This document shows, in pieces, positions 13,101 through 28,697 of a stretch of 64,000 nucleotides of DNA. This DNA is from Phoronis australis. Its lineage: Eukaryota; Animalia; Phoronida. The stretch is from NCBI GenBank assembly GCA_002633005.1, contig NMRA01000041.1:1245294-1309293 (forward strand), written 5' to 3'. A program made the position numbers and the translations under genes. The number at the start of each line of letters is the position of its first letter. Position 1 is the stretch's first letter. The notes under the pieces were generated by a model. The model ran no database searches. It saw only the letters and a program-made list of their open reading frames with translations, and was not told where the DNA came from.

Positions 13101-16100
13101 CGTAAAGATAAGGTCCAGCATAACCTTAAAACACAAATCCTCTCCACAGGAGTCAATGACTCGCGTAAGTGCCCTTTTTGAGAATCAAGTACCATACGTA
13201 ACTCTTGCTTGCCTTTACACGCGTTACGGTAAAGACTAAAAGCTGGCAATATTTACCCTCGTAATAAGGCGACGTCTTATCCGCATAGGAGACAGCATAC
13301 CAGTAAGTGCATGTCGATGCACTGCTTTGCGGAAAATCAGATTAAATAAATCTTTCTGTTTGCGTTTTGGACGTTGGATATGTCTGGCTTTATTTTCTCC
13401 AAAAAGATAAATTATGACACTGACGCTCTTCCTATTTCCTGTATAAAGGTGAAAACACAGATCCGATGCGTAGGAATGTTATTACTGCGGATGTGTTTTG
13501 ACTCACCAATAGTTTGTAGATTATACCCCGGTTTTACTTTCCATGTTTCACGTGTTTACTATTCTCAGCCTGGGCGTATTTAAAGTTGCATTTCGCCCTG
13601 TTAAGCTGGCCAGACAATGAAAATTGAATTTAACTCTCATAACATCTGTCTTATAATAGTCCTTACACAAATAGAATTCTATTTCGGTTACTAACTCAAG
13701 TCACAAGTAATGCATCCACGCGCCATTTTTGAGTTTATAAATCTCAGTGTTAGCAAACCTTAATAAACTCTGAAGTGTGAGTGAGTCGCCAATGGTTTCG
13801 AAGTTCTTGTTGGAACGAAAATGGAATTCTGGTACGGTAGATGATTTTACACAACCAATGTTATGACAGTGAAAGGCCTAGTTCCGTTATTGGCTTCAAC
13901 CTCGTTTAAGGGGACAACATACAGCTTTAAGAAAACGCCTAACATTTACAACCATGGTACCCCATTTGATCATCCACTCCCACCACGTAACCGTTTAGGC
14001 AACCATTCATTGACCGGGTACTGCCCGCTCGAGTTGTATTCTATTCCAGGTGACTACCTAAGAGCAATGAGTGAATATGGTATCGTACTTAGCAGAATGG
14101 GACAGTTGTAGACAGATAGTTGGCAACCAGGGATATTAAGAAAAAATGCTGTTGTTCGATGGTCGATCGGGATTGCTTTAAGCACTCAGCAACCGTGAGT
14201 CCGTAAGCAACCTGCTGTCTTGGCGACTTGACACATTTGTGTGTGTGTACATGTAGTTAAAACTGCAGCGCTGCAGAGATTTTCATGTGTCAAGTTATAA
14301 CTCAGACACAAGACTTCCATGGCTAAATTCATTAAAAGTTCCTATCTGATTTGATTCCCAGTGAAAAGATTCAGTTAAGGTTGAAATTTGTGAAAAGGGC
14401 CCATTTTTTAAAATACAATGCAACTCTAAAGAGTGCTTTCTTGTTCTATTATGTAAATGCAATACAAAGGATCGATTCTTCAATTTAATTCAATACATCA
14501 GCATTTTTGTTGGCATAAAAGCTCTTACAGAAGGACCACGTGACAGAATAAGGCCCCGAGAAGGTGACTTTTCATAGAAGCTTCCAGCAAACAGCCCCGT
14601 GTTCATCATGCTTACTCTCCAAAAATGTAGTGTTTTATTTTGCCGACTTTCTAAAAGTGAAGTTGGGAATACGGATTTCCCTGAGGCACACCCCGCCATG
14701 GTAGCCGAGTATACGTAACCTCCTGGTGTGTCCTTACTGTTCTCTGTAAAGGCACTTTCACAATAAATGGTTGCAATTATAAATTTGGTGAAATATCCAA
14801 GATCATCATGTAGTTAGGAACTGCATGGCTACTACCTTCAAATGTTAAAATATTTTGTATTTTGAACTGGCGCTTACACGATTCTCAGCAATATAAATGT
14901 GTATAAAACCTGTGCAACTATTAGGATTATTGTAAGTATCATGTTTAACCTTCTCATTTCCTTTTGTTGTGAGGTCAATTCTGTGTCAGTTAAAAGGTCG
15001 GACACAGGTGACCAACGATTAAAAAGCCGTAGTATTGTTTTGACCACTTTCCAGGTTAAATAAACTGCACTTCCATTTATTTGGCAACGGGCGTAAGAAA
15101 TTCATTTGAAAGAAGATTAATCTCATTTCGCACAGCAGTGTAAAAAGTTAAAACCTATCGGGAACAGCCGTGACGTATATTTTGATAAGTTTCAACAATG
15201 GCGAGCTCAGCTAATAGAAGTGGATGAAATAACTTGTTTTCCATGTTTCTCGAATGTGACGCAAACTCCAGCGTGACGTTCAAATCCAAGGCGCCAGCCT
15301 TTACAAACTGGAAAAAAATCTGTTTTGTGAAATCTCATGTTCGTACTGACCATTTTATTTTATATTGCATTCTAAGTGCAATATCTTATCAGATTCCGTA
15401 GAGTGGACCACTTGACGTATCTCACACCTGTGCAAAGGAATTTAATTGACCGCTTAATGATTTATGAACGTTGATATTAATAAAGTTTAACGATCTCGGT
15501 AACCCCGACAGGTCACCGAGTGATACAGGTTCAGGAATGTGCATAAACATTCAGTTGATCGTTTTCCTGATTTCGTGTTTTAAGCATCTCAATAACGTGA
15601 TCATTTTATTGCCTCGAGAATGTAGGTTTAGACTTGGGATCAACAACAGGATTTTTCCTTTGCTCCTTATGTCGTCAACACGCACTTCTCAGTACTCACT
15701 TAAAGCGACCTTATCGGCGAGAAAAGAAAGTTTCTGAGACCAGTCTCCTCGCAGAAGCGAACCTGTAACCTCCACTGCCGCTGTCTTACACGCAAAAGAT
15801 AGTCTTTGCTGGCAAAGTTAAATCCCGCCCGATGGTGACATAGTACGTTTTATCTTATTCAAGTGCTAAAGACTGGGACCTTGGTTTCAGTGAATGTTTA
15901 ACGAGCGTTAGCGATTTGTATTAAATTGCATAAAAACAACGGAACTTGTTGTTTTTAGCTCTGGTCAAAGATAAAACTCCAAGAAGTATATGACATCCAA
16001 CAGTAGTCCTAAAAATCCGTTTTCCTCCGTGAATCCGTTAATGTGCCTTTTCGAATAGCAGTTATCGAATTGTTGAAATGATTATAACCAAAGTCAATTT

Positions 16101-18623
16101 CACGGCAATAACAAACGATAAACTGACGTACTATACAAATATAAGTATTATTGTGGTTAAATGTCAAAGAATACTGTCCGCTCATTTCCAAGAGTTTTGA
16201 TCAAAGTTAATTTCACACTTGGACTGTTGTACAGATCCACAAAACGGATCTTTTATGTTCGTATATTAGCGAATCAAGTAACTGACAGCTAAGTCAACTG
16301 GTCTTCTTCCCAGTAAAAGGATCGAATCATTGAAATCCCCCAAGAGTGAACAGGGCAGATAGATATTATGATACCTTTAGCAGAAACTTCGTATTTCGCC
16401 ACCATGGACAGTTCAGTATGCTGCAAATATAACCGATCACACTAAATTCATAATGTTCCAGTTGTCGAAGATCCTGGCCTTGTAAGGAATTACTCATAAG
16501 CCAAAAAAAACAACCAATAGAGGAAACACAAATTAAATAACGTGGCATCGTAATCATCGTCGAGAAACGTGGTTATTTTGAATACCTCAGCGGTCGCAGT
16601 CCAACTATTGTTTGGCAGCAATATTGAGAACACGTACCACACTATTTGTAAAGACACTGGCCTTGGTTTCAGTAAAATGTCAGGGCTGCAGACAACGGTG
16701 ATGATTGACAGTTTTGTAATAAAACCACTACAAACGCGGATTGCGTTGTTGTATAGATCCGTTCAAAGTTTATCACTTCAAGAAGTCTACCCTATCCAAA
16801 AAATAATCTCAAGCAATAAATGAGTTTTGAGGCCGTCTTTTAAATTTTGTGCAGATCTTCTGCAACCATAATAATTTAGTGACTTGAATTGCGCTTACCG
16901 CGGTCGATAAGAGGGGTAGGAACTAACACACGAGAAAATCTATTGACAGAGTTAAGAATGCATTGTAAACCAAGTCGTTTGGAAATATCTTGTCACAAAC
17001 ACTCTTTAGACCCGGGTATACAACACTTTAGAAGGAATTTCAAAAAGTCTAAACGATATCCTGCTGCGTAGCCTCTTATGCCGAGTAAACTGAACAGTTG
17101 AACAGCAGGCTACGCTGAGTCAATGGTATTTATGGTCATCAACTTAAGATTCAATATTTAAAACGTACATAAAACTCACTAACCTTAAATCGAACAGCAA
17201 TGGTCCTGCGGAGTACATACTTCCCCTATGCACGCTTGTCATGATGTGATTCAAGTTGCAATAGGTATAGGCCAATATTAGACGACTTATCCGACTTATC
17301 GTCTTATGGTTAGATGAACAGCATTCATGTTTTCTCAAGGATATAGTAACTAGGATCAAGTTACCTGAAACCTATTGTTTCCCCCTGTATACATTTGCTT
17401 TTTTCCACGTGACTCCTAGTCTGGCCTCACGCCTTCACAATACAAGCTGTCTTAACTAACATGACGGAAAGAATCTACCTGCTAAATGTTTGTATATTTC
17501 TATTTTATTACCTCATAATGAAGCAGGTGTACGGCTGGGTCCGGTAGACGCGAGAACCTCGCGAAAACACGAGATTACGCAAGCCGTCGTCAGATGAGAT
17601 CGTCATGCATTAAAAACGAATTAAGCACGTGATCACGCGAGCTTTTGGGTTCTCGAGACTCCCGCGTCTTCGGGCGGAATCCAACCCAAATCAGAGAACG
17701 TCATTTGCAGGCAATGACGTACGTCGGGTACGGGGTCGTCGAGTACACCGGTATCTGTGAACTCGCAAAGCTAACAATAACAAAGAACTACCTTTATTTT
17801 CTTACCGAATGAATACCGCATTTTCTTAAAAAATATTGATTTTTGTGCTCACACAGTTTTTCTTCCAAAAATAGCATGGGAAACGAAAACTCCATCGATC
17901 AATTCTTATCACACGTTCTATCAACACACGTCTATGAACTGCTAGTGTCGTCTAAGAAAAATACATGTTCCTTGTTGCCTGTATGCTCTTTTCTTCGATG
18001 TATCTTTTAAAACCAATCGTGCGAACTATGACCAGGCATCTAAGTTGGTATAGCGTGTTGCTATTGTGATTCATAATCTAAATTGGTTGGGAAATCAACC
18101 AAACAAGTACCATATGCTCAGAATCCTCTGATGCCATGTCCTATCTTACTGTAAGCCTATTCTAAAGTTGGACTAATGAAGTATTTTTCAAGCATCACGC
18201 TAGAAAATTGCTTTTCGTTGAGATCAAAACGCCCATTTTTGGTGAAACTTTCAAGCATATTTCAGAAGCTAGCTTGATTTGTTTCACGGAATAGTATTTA
18301 CTAACATCCTAATTTATTGTTTCAACGTTACATTTTAATGTGAAACCCATGCACGTAGCCAGAGTTATATCGGGTACGAAAAATATTCTTCTGTGTCTTA
18401 AAACAGATTCCTCCAAAGTGAAATAACATTACGTTGCTGTCACTAACTGAAGTTTGGAATATTACATATAAGTACTTGAAGAAAGAACACCGATGAATGG
18501 CTATGGGAGGCTTGGAGGTACAAAAACGCAATTTTCTTATTTAATGGGAGGTTTGGAAATCCATCGCTTAGTACTCCTTAATGGGCGCCACCCCAAAAAG
18601 AAACGTGCTACACGAGAGACCTT

Positions 18624-18772
18624 GGCCCGGTTGCATAAAATTTCAAAATTATCCGCTGGATAAGTTTGCTTGTTGCGTGACGACAGGTGCATTGTTCAAC
18701 ATTAACAACGTGGCGCGTGATAATGCGACGTCATTGTTGCTTTTCGGCGTATAACTTTTATGCAACTGGGCC
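18624..18772. mobile_element. PIF/Harbinger-like MITE
   Basis: 17-bp TIR GGCCCGGTTGCATAAAA ... TTTTATGCAACTGGGCC (1 mismatch). Flanks ctt/ctg fit a decayed 3-bp TSD. Confidence 0.75.
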
Positions 18773-21700
18773 CTGATTCACTAAAAGCGAAATTATTGTT
18801 GAATAGGAAAGACTTAATCAGAACTGTCAAGCATTAAAATCCAATGTGTTTTTGTGATTGTACGTGCATTGCTAATCACCACACGCCATTATTTGCCGGA
18901 CAATCGCTGAAATGATGGCCAGTGACTTCAAGCGCTGAGTGAGATCTAGTTCAGTAAGCAATAAGTGCTTGGCTGCAAAGCGAGAAATTCAGGCGATGAT
19001 ATAGAATTTGAAGAATATGATGAACAATTTAATTGGTGCTACTTATTTTTGTGAAAAAAATGAAGAAATGAAATTCCACTTGTTCGCCATGTTGTGCCTA
19101 AACTGTGCAATTTTGCCCTTCTAGCTACTATTTCACACCTGTTGCGCATTCACAAAACAAGGCGAGGCAATGATTGAATGCAGTTTTGAGAATATCGGTG
19201 ATCTCCGATGCATTTATTTACAACATTGGGGTGCCAATAGTGCAATTCCAATCCCGTTGACTTAGTAACTGGGAAACATCACTTCATAGTTACAACTTGC
19301 AAGCTTCTACGTCGCACTGCATTCAGTCGATATGGTGCTTTACCTCTTCTCAAGTTGAAACCAGATGATTATCGATTTGAAATAGTTTTAGCCACTAGAT
19401 GGTAAAACATGGTGAAAAATATTGACGAAATAATAGTCACGTATTTTTGTCATTTGGACGAAAAATCCGATCGCAGGAGCTACTATGTCTAAATTTGGGT
19501 CTAAGACTATAACCGATTTCGTTATTCAGAAATTTCATTCTTAGCTAAGACAGTACTCTTACTGAAATTAGCCCGATTTCGGTCCAAAAGTTAAGACCGA
19601 GAAGTTTCCTGAATTGGACTCCTGTAGGTACACATAACAATGAAAAGACCGTGACAGGCATATTTTATTTCGATAACATCACACTGGGTTGAGTGCAATG
19701 CCGTGACTTTGGCACATGCACACTGATTTATGAAGTGTTTTACAAGAGTCGAACTTTTCGGTCATACTCATGACACAGTAGATACGCCAATGAATTTTCA
19801 TGAACACCGCTCTATATCTCCACACAGGCATGATTTTAAGAGAAATTCGATACTCACCGTTACGAGACATAGCTGCTGTCTGGGATCGAATTTACTGTTT
19901 CCGTTCCATAAACGAAGATTTTTGTTTGAAGTCCTTGAGGGTAATGTCGTAGGTCGTACGAAACGAAGCTCAACTTAGTTAGCTTGTTGTGAAATTCCCG
20001 TGTCATTGATACATTTTTGCCTCTTGTTACAACCATCGAAATTTCTAAGTATTCTAGATAACGATAGTTTTATCAATACGAAGAAGAACTGTCACAAACT
20101 GTGAAAAGAAATAAACAAAGCCAAAAAGTACCTAATATAGACCTTGGACGTCACACGTGAAGTATACTGCATTATATTGCAATAACTATTTCAACATTGA
20201 TTTATTTATGGAAATTTGCCGAATTTTTCTTCCTTGTGAAACAACGCAAACTTATTTAATTATTAAGCTGTGCAAATTGATCCAGTTGCCCCTAACCCTA
20301 AAGCGCCGATGCTATGTACCGTCTAGTACCCTGGGAGAACAAGCTTAATTAATTTCGCGATAACGACTTGGATACAAAGATAAACGACACTTCTACTAAT
20401 TTAAAAATGAGGCTCGATTGCAGTTCAACAGTAGATTGTTAACATAAGAAAAAGCTTGAACACGCAATTGATTACTAAGCGATAACAGAGCATGATACGC
20501 ATTTGAAAAACGTGGATGCATGCCCTTTGAGAGGTAATGATTTTGTTGGCGGGTTTTAAAGGGTTCCCGCCGAGCTACGCTTTACTTTTTGAGATGTTTT
20601 TGCGAAGAGTAAAACTAGCCTAAAGTGTAACTGAATCACAGAATATATTAGAAATTTTGAATTTTATCAAATGTAAAATCCGTTGTTGCCCATTACTGCA
20701 CTGAATGGGCAAAATAGCACATACCGTCAGGTGTCGCCCTCTGGACGTGGTCTTAGATCTCCGCCATTGCTGAGAGTAACTTTTAGGGCTGACGTTGTGT
20801 CGAGATGTGTAAAGTATTTTATTGGCACCCCGACCTGTAGTGTACACCGTTGGGGTTGGCCGACGGGAAGACACCAATACAGACCTCAAGCAACTGAAAG
20901 CTTAATATCACAACGCGACAGGTGTGATTATGAGAATAACATCATTCTGGTTTGTGCCAACGATAATTTGGCACAACTGACTCATTTTCCTAATCATCGC
21001 GAAACAGGATATGTCAGCCTAGCTAGTTTTCCAATATGCATAGAATGAGTTGATAGATTACGACATTTCAATGACACCTAGTGTTCAAGTTATGAATTAC
21101 CGCTTCCAGTAATTTGATGTTCTGTCCCATATAGTAAATAACTATTGTGTGTTTCTCAGCGTGTCGTGTGGAGAGGCCGATTGACGACCAGGGAGTTATC
21201 CATGCAGACAATAAGAAATGCACAAATACCAAAATTATTGCCATAATATTGTTGCATAATCTATTGATGACAGCGACAAATTTGATTGAGTTCTTGCGTC
21301 AATGGCACTATATAAAACTCCCAAGAGTCGTCTCATGGTTAATACTTCAACTAAAAAGTACAGAATCGCCTCAAAAGGTGATAAAGAGTTATGGTGAATG
21401 ACCTCAGGTTGATATGAAAAAGTCTTCTCGAGTTGAATGCTTAATCCGACAGATTTCGTCGACATCGAAAAGATTGTGAACTTTGCTGTTTACGTCGAAG
21501 CACCTCAAGTTTCGGGTTTAGTTAAATAGGGACTAATAGGCGTTGAGCAGCAGGACACAGAAGGCTTATGAACCACTTCTGAGACCGCTTTGGGGAGCAA
21601 TCGTGTTTTCGTGTTTTGGATATCATAAATCATTATGTCTCATGAAAGCAAAAGCAGCGCCGTGTTAAAATTTACACATTGCCAAGATGAGTTTTAAATT

Positions 21701-22640
21701 TGGCTAATTCTGATAACTGGCCTTGGGTTAGAATATAATTAAAAGTTTTGTGACATTCGCTGTCCATATGAGGTGATATTGCACATATTTTCGATCATTA
21801 AATTGCAACTTAAAAGCAAGTTTCTGAATTTATGAGCTTCACCTGGTGGTGAAACTTTGAACTATCAAATAAAAACAGTTAATGTTGTTATTGAAGTTGT
21901 AAAAAGATCATATTACGAAATTGGCAATGCCCGAAATTAACGTGATAACAAATTTACAAATACTGCATAGGTATACTTGGAAAGCATTTGGTTTTCCGAA
22001 AAAACAGTAAATTTACACGAGGTATTTCGCTATTTGAATTCCACACCTTTTATACCAGTCCTTAGTTAAGAAAGTCTTACCAATCTAATATTTAACCAAA
22101 TTAATTAAACACTAACATTTCAAAAGGAAACCCAGTCTTACTTTTTATGAAATTAGAGAAATTAAGGACGCTTGCAGTGTTGATCATCCTAAAAGAAAAC
22201 TCCCGAATTTTAGAATGCCCGCGCTTATTACAATGTTCATTTGACTTTGTTTAAAGGCAAAACCTATTTTCTGAAGAGAAATGGGTTACAGTGGCAAAAC
22301 TAAATAAAAAGGAGCTAGTCAGATCACTAAATATCCAGCTTGTTTATACTTCCGTCCAATTACTTCTCAGGCTATGCTACCTCAGAGATTTTACCCTTCT
22401 CGATGTTCCTCCACCGCCGTGTCTTGTCGACTTGGTGACCCCGGGAGCCAAAGTTGCCAAGCCTGGTAATCCCCACCACTTAATTCAGAGCCAGCACGAA
22501 TTCTCAGTGTGCATCATGTCAATCGCCTCAAATGTGCAAAAAACGACACTTTCCAAAGAGGGAGGGTGTGAATTGAACTGTGTAGCCATCTGAGGGCACT
22601 TTTTGATAAACAGGATCAACGCAAAATTAAAATAAGTTTT

Positions 22641-22717
22641 CGCCAGGAGAAGACTGGGACTCGAACCCACTACATGAGTAAAGGAAGTGGGCACTTATGC
22701 CACTAGGCCGCGCTGCC
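22641..22717 (-). mobile_element. tRNA-derived SINE head (Pol III A and B boxes)
   Basis: Minus strand reads GGCAGCGCGGCCTAGTGGCATAAG...GTGGGTTCGAGTCCCAG: A box (cGGCCTAGTGG) and B box (GGTTCGAGTCC) at tRNA spacing, but no proper acceptor or anticodon stem. Confidence 0.7.
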
Positions 22718-25700
22718 AAAACACTGAAAAGGTCAACATTAATGTTCAAAAAGTATTAAATCTATCTTTCAAGAGGTGTTCTTAATTAGAATATACTTAA
22801 TAAATTGACAAAAGTGTACAAGAGTGTGTGGAATGGAATAAAATATGATGGATGGTAATGATGACATTTTGTGTGCATGTTTTTATTACGGTAGAATGTC
22901 AAGAGTGTGCGGAATTGAAAGAAAAAACAGTGTATTTTGTGATCAAGTCAAATAAGTAGCGATCATTGATTAAACAGTAGAAAGTTTTACTCAAACTAAG
23001 TCACGATAAATCATTGTTAAGAAAACGACTTCATGCATCATACTCAGGTAAAAATATTCAGTGATGCGTTCATTGTTTGTAACGGATATCGACAGAACTG
23101 GAAATCTGAAGATTTCTCTAATATAAATCTTTTTTGATCACCATTCACTTCTGTTAATGTATTATGGCATTATTGGAAACCTTCTCAATTTCTAAGCTCA
23201 CGATTGGCTAACAAGGCAGCGTACAGCGCCACCTCTTTTCAAATAAATACAGTAGGAGAATCTACAAACGTACTTTTTACAAAAACTGTTACCGAAAATG
23301 AGGTACTTTTGAACATTAAATGTTTGAAGAAATATCTAGCCAGACGGGAAAATAAAATTGCCCTCCTGACATGGTCATGGGTTAAAAAGTTTGGAGATAC
23401 GGCCCGCGCCGTGTAAGGTCTTTTGACAAATTACTAAAATCTGCCGCTGGCATGCCACCGTCATCTACAGTCCGAAGGCGGTAAGCGTCGATAGACGAGG
23501 CAGCCATCTGATCGGATTTATTGACACCAATGAGAGTCGGTCGTTGTGTAATAATCAAACACACGTTTCGCTCGAAATCAATTTTCAGGAAGAGGATATA
23601 TAGGACTTAACGTTCACCTTAACAATCAAAAAGGAAAGACAAAGGCTACAGATCGGGGTTCGGAAATGGTTAGAGATTTTAGAATACTTGAAATATCCAC
23701 AACATTATTGTAATTTGAACTATGGAACAGCCGTTCTGCCGGATCACCTGACCCTCCCCCCCGCCCCCCTCATGGACCAACCGGTGCTTTTATTTTTTCA
23801 AAAAGCAGCCGACAACATTAAAAGTGGTAAAATTATCGGATGCACACAGCTAGGATGTCTGCAACAGGATCAAAAGGAATTTCAAAATCTGGCAATCATC
23901 ATATCTTGTCATGGCGTCAGAATCGTAGAGAGATTTAAAGCTTATTTTGAAATGAGGACCCGCTGTCACGAATTGGATAGATGTTGGGTAAATTTGTGAC
24001 GCGACCTCCTCCACTAGAGATCAAGTAGGTCACGCGCTAGAGGTGCTGATAACTTAAGATAGGACTTGAACAGACCGTCAGGAAGGGCATGAACTTAGCA
24101 GGTTCATAAAACTGGTGCCTCAAGCGAAAATCACTCAGCTGAGAACTGACGTAGCTCACGCCCAAAACATGATAACAATTAAATGAATACGGCTGCAGTT
24201 CATTCAATTATAACGCCTTGTCGCTTCATTTTGCTATTTGTATATGTTGAGCTCCGCAACTTTCACTTACTGCAGCAATGAAAGCTCCTACATCACCGAC
24301 TGTACCAAACCTAACACTACGTGAATCTTGTTACTCAGTATGAGAACTCTCCGTGTGTCGCGGGAAGACTCAATTAATTCGTGAGTTGTAACCCAACGGA
24401 ACAAAAGTGTCCTTCTCGGTGAACTTTCTCTATCATGATTCTAATTGTTGAGTTGCACTCGCCAGACTGAGTAGCTTAACCAGCCAGCGGCATGAAATTG
24501 CCCGTTTCAAAAACACGTCACGTTGAAAAAAGCACGTTGTACTCGTTCTCTCGAGTGCTGTCTAGTTGGTAGTTTTACAGTTATCATTTGTAATCATTTA
24601 TTGTCATGGGATTCGTATTGTTCTCTCCTGTACCGCGCCGGAAGTGTGAATTGATAATTCATGAATTCTTCGTAATTTATCGAAACGTCACATTAATTAT
24701 GGTATGACTGTGGTTGGCGAACTTAATAACGTTTTCTGACTATGCAGAGCGTAATTCTTAACAATGAAAAAGTTCGTTATTCAAGGACGCAGGGCATTAT
24801 CTTCTGCTAAAGTCCCATGACGGAGGACGTAACTTATCTTAACACGTGTTTATGAGTTGTGATCAGGAAACTGAGACAAATGTTAATTAACTCGTTTAAA
24901 ATACTGGATTCCCGTGGCAGATATCCACATAAACAAATTAGTGTCCACCTACCTTGATACTGTCAGAAGTCACTCAGTGCAAGTCAGCCACAGTATTTCC
25001 CTACCGATGTTTCTACACATATCCGCAAGCCTGCTTTCTAATTAATAACACATCGATCCGCATTTTGTCAGTCTCTGTTCACGCCCGACTATCAAACGAT
25101 CCAAATATTATAATCGATTAAACAAGAGCCTCGTAAATTGCTAATGGCGCCGTCTAGTAGATGTGTGGCGAACTACAGGTACTGTGGAAGCGGAGACTAT
25201 TCTTCAGTGCAGGGCTTTCGATCGGTTACTTCAGTCGAAAAACGAAAATCAATAAAACACGCATCAAAATAGATAAGTTTAAGAACATAGTTCAATCCGA
25301 TAATCTATTGTTTTGTATCTAAACCAATGATGTTTTCAGCTGGTTTACGCCCTAAATGAACTACACTTGTATTGTACATTATTCATTAACATCATATAAG
25401 AGAGCACAATGTCACAATATTAGTGTACATATTTAACAGCTGAAGTCAGTGACCTTTTGGGAATAACAACCTCTGAGCGTTGCCTTTAATAAAACCGCAA
25501 ATTTTCCTGTGTACTGTGTGTTCAGCCAAGAGAAACGACTGATCAGTCATATTTTGATGTGAGTGAGGTATTGACAAGGTTGGTGTTCATTTCATTGATT
25601 TTATTGGTTAGAAAAGTGATTTTCTGAAATTAGTCCCAAGGCGCAACCGAACCCGCAATCTCGATCGCAGTCTAACACCCTGTTGGCGAACCTTTTCGAC

Positions 25701-25739
25701 ACGTCTGTTTACTTAGGAAAATATTTACAAAAATACTGA

Positions 25740-26190
25740 TTTTAACTCAGTAAAAGTTTATATTTTCTGAAAATGGAAAGTCTGTAGATATGGATTTTGG
25801 ATTGTTTACCATTCTTTGGGTCACTTGACCATGCCTTTTATTAAAATTTGTCGAAAAAGAAATTTGCGTTGATAGCAAGACAGCGGCACCCGAATAATAT
25901 GACGGAATTTCATTTTATAGAAATGTTCAAGAGGAAATCTCAAAAATTCGGTTACAGTTTTCCGATTTATAGATTTGTTTTCGTTTTATACTACGTTTGT
26001 GTTTTATCGTAAAAATCACAAAAGTCGTATTTTTGTAGATCCTCATACGATGAACGAAAAGTTTTAAAAACCATCCCTGACAGCCTTGTAGAAGACTGCT
26101 TAAAGAATAGTTTCATGTGAACCTGATCAGCCATTTGTGGGAGTTGATGCTGCGAGGTTCGACAAATTTTTCTACGGTTCCTAATAAACT
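25740..26190 (-). repeat. diverged interspersed repeat, copy 2 of 3
   Basis: gtcacttgaccatgcctttt (~25820), catgtgaacctgatcag (~26115) and tttttctacggttccta (~26170) are reverse complements of blocks at 12660-13100. Confidence 0.55.
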
Positions 26191-28484
26191 TAAATGGTGT
26201 TATCACTTTAAGTGCGTATAACATGTTTCTGAAAATATGGTGGCAGACGACACCGAGAATTTGTAATAAAACACAATGAATTTTGTTGTTAATAGCTGTG
26301 ATCAATCGGTCTATCTCTTCCGACAAAAATCGCACTGAAAAATGTGTTTTAGACGTAAAACCGAGTAGGCGTCATGAAAAATTGGGCACTGATATACCTA
26401 GCCGTTCTGATCACTCTTAAAATGTCCATGTCTGGAATCACATTTTTCCATTGTAAGGAAATATGACGGAAATCAATTTCATCATATGAGTAAACGTCTT
26501 TCATTAGGTTGCGGATCTTGCGAGAGCGTATATGCAGGACGTCCATTTTCTTCGTTTCGTCTCCACGTGCCGCAGGAGATCCACTGCATGATGTTCGTCA
26601 GAGCATTACTACGAAGTCCAAAGAACGTTCATGGTACTTCTGGTATGCCGCAGTCTCTTTTACTCACTGCCAGTGGAATCAGACGCCCCCTTCCCCCACT
26701 CCCTTTCCGCTAAATTGGCGTATGGAGACCTATTGAAAGCAGTTGGCTAATACTACTTGTATTTACTTGCAGTTCTATTATATTAAATTTTACTTGTCGG
26801 CGTTGAGTTTCGTGCTTGTAACTAACTGCATTATATTTTCCACCTGGTTGGTAACGTATACTTGTTGGGACATGTTATTTAGTTGGATCTAGTTGTAATT
26901 TGTTTAATGTCTACTATCTAAAGTTACATGTACATTGATAAACCAAGCGAGAAATTTCTTTACGTCTCAATTTGTTATGTGCCGGTGAAGCGTATTACAC
27001 TTCTACTGAGCAATAAAGAAGACATTACGGCTCAGACATTAAAATTAAAACCACGACAGCACAGCATTGCTAGTGTATGATACTTTTTATATATCTTTGC
27101 GAAAAACATTTATAAAGGGATTATTGTTTGAAATTTTTACAACATCCGTGCAAGTGTCGTGTTCACCAAACAGATCTGGCTTTGCAAGCACAGTGCATGT
27201 ACACTGTTTATGAAAACTTTCATGGTTGTTCACGTGTATTTGGTAGACTAGAAACGATATTTTCATCGATAATTTTCAAATTCCAGGTTTAATATTAAAA
27301 TAACGCTTAACAATCAATGAAATTTAAATCAACTTAGTTATCTGGTACAGTAGTGTTCTCGGAACACAAGGTTTCCACGAATCTCAAGTTGAATCGTTGC
27401 GTAATTCATTAATCTACGCTGATCCGTGTTCAAAAACCCTCCCAAACATAGGACAACGTTATTCAATAAGTAAATTTGTTTTTATAGCTGACGATATTAT
27501 CTAGTATGCAATAACATTCCGATCAAGTTTGAAAACATCGCACAATCGGTTTGAGGACTTGCTAGAAAATTGAACGCGGCGGCGTGAGCTAGTATTATAA
27601 TTCCATTCAAATCGGCGGCTTTGACACCTTTTGGTTACCTGTAGTGGTGTCCTACTTATTTAGTAAATATCGTTTATCCAAATTATGAAATAAACAAGTT
27701 GAACAAGTTCATTTGTTTATTAAGGGAGAATGGGTACAGTGTATCATGAATGTAATTTACAAATTACCAAATACAGTAGTTTTATATTATAACTCACCAA
27801 TACGACGATCACACACCCACAGAACTGCTGCTTAGGGCTATGTTTATTTTCAGTTCCCGAATCCTTAGAAGGCCCTGAACTTATGTTGAAACCAATTGCC
27901 ATTATGTATTTGGTTCATGAAAATTGGTTTAAAAGCCGTTTGTTTTGAGAAACTTGCATGCCGGACGTATCTTTGAATGCATTGCGTAGAGGCTCAAACT
28001 GAGGTTTCCAGCATTTCCAGCATACGCATACATGTACGCTTATCCATGACGTCAAAACGTAACTTGCTTCTGTTCTGTATCCTCGGCTGACTTATCTTAA
28101 AATGCGCGCTCACCACATAAAGTTTCAGGACTCCAGTTTGGCGAATGAGAAGGATGAAATTCAAATTAAATCAAATTTCTTTATGTTAATCGAAAAAAAT
28201 CGTTACGTTTTACCTAAGTCGGTGCTAAAATACCCAAAGCCAGGCAATTTTATAATCTAATAGCGGAAAATTCAGTTTCCGGTGTACTCAAGAAAATCTA
28301 AAATATTGTTTATCAAAAACTTCAACATGCTTGTGGAAAAAACCCACATTTCTGTGAAAGCGAGATAAGGTATTGTTTCAATTCCAAATAATTCAAAACT
28401 AATCAAAAACGCAAAACATGGATTCAGCAACTTTAAAGCACCTATGAACCTCACTTGCACCACTTTTGGTTTTAGCCAATATTA

Positions 28485-28697
28485 CCGTTATGAAACTGGT
28501 CTCAATTTGCTCTGGAGTCAAATTGTAGAGTGATTCCACCCAGATCTTAGAAAAAAGACAATTCTTAATGGCTTCAGATCATGGCAATATAAGCGCGCCA
28601 ATCATTGTCTCGATGAATAACGAACCATCAGTTCTTTGCAAAACCAGATATGACTTCACATACAAGTAAAAAACACGTGAGACCAATTTCATAGCGG
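28485..28697. mobile_element. small TA-TSD MITE
   Basis: TA|CCGTTATGAAACTGGTCTCA ... TGAGACCAATTTCATAGCGG|TA (18/20 match). Confidence 0.75.

Noticed and set aside
22641-22717. Functional tRNA gene
   Set aside because: A and B boxes are present but the acceptor and anticodon stems do not pair; a SINE head fits better.
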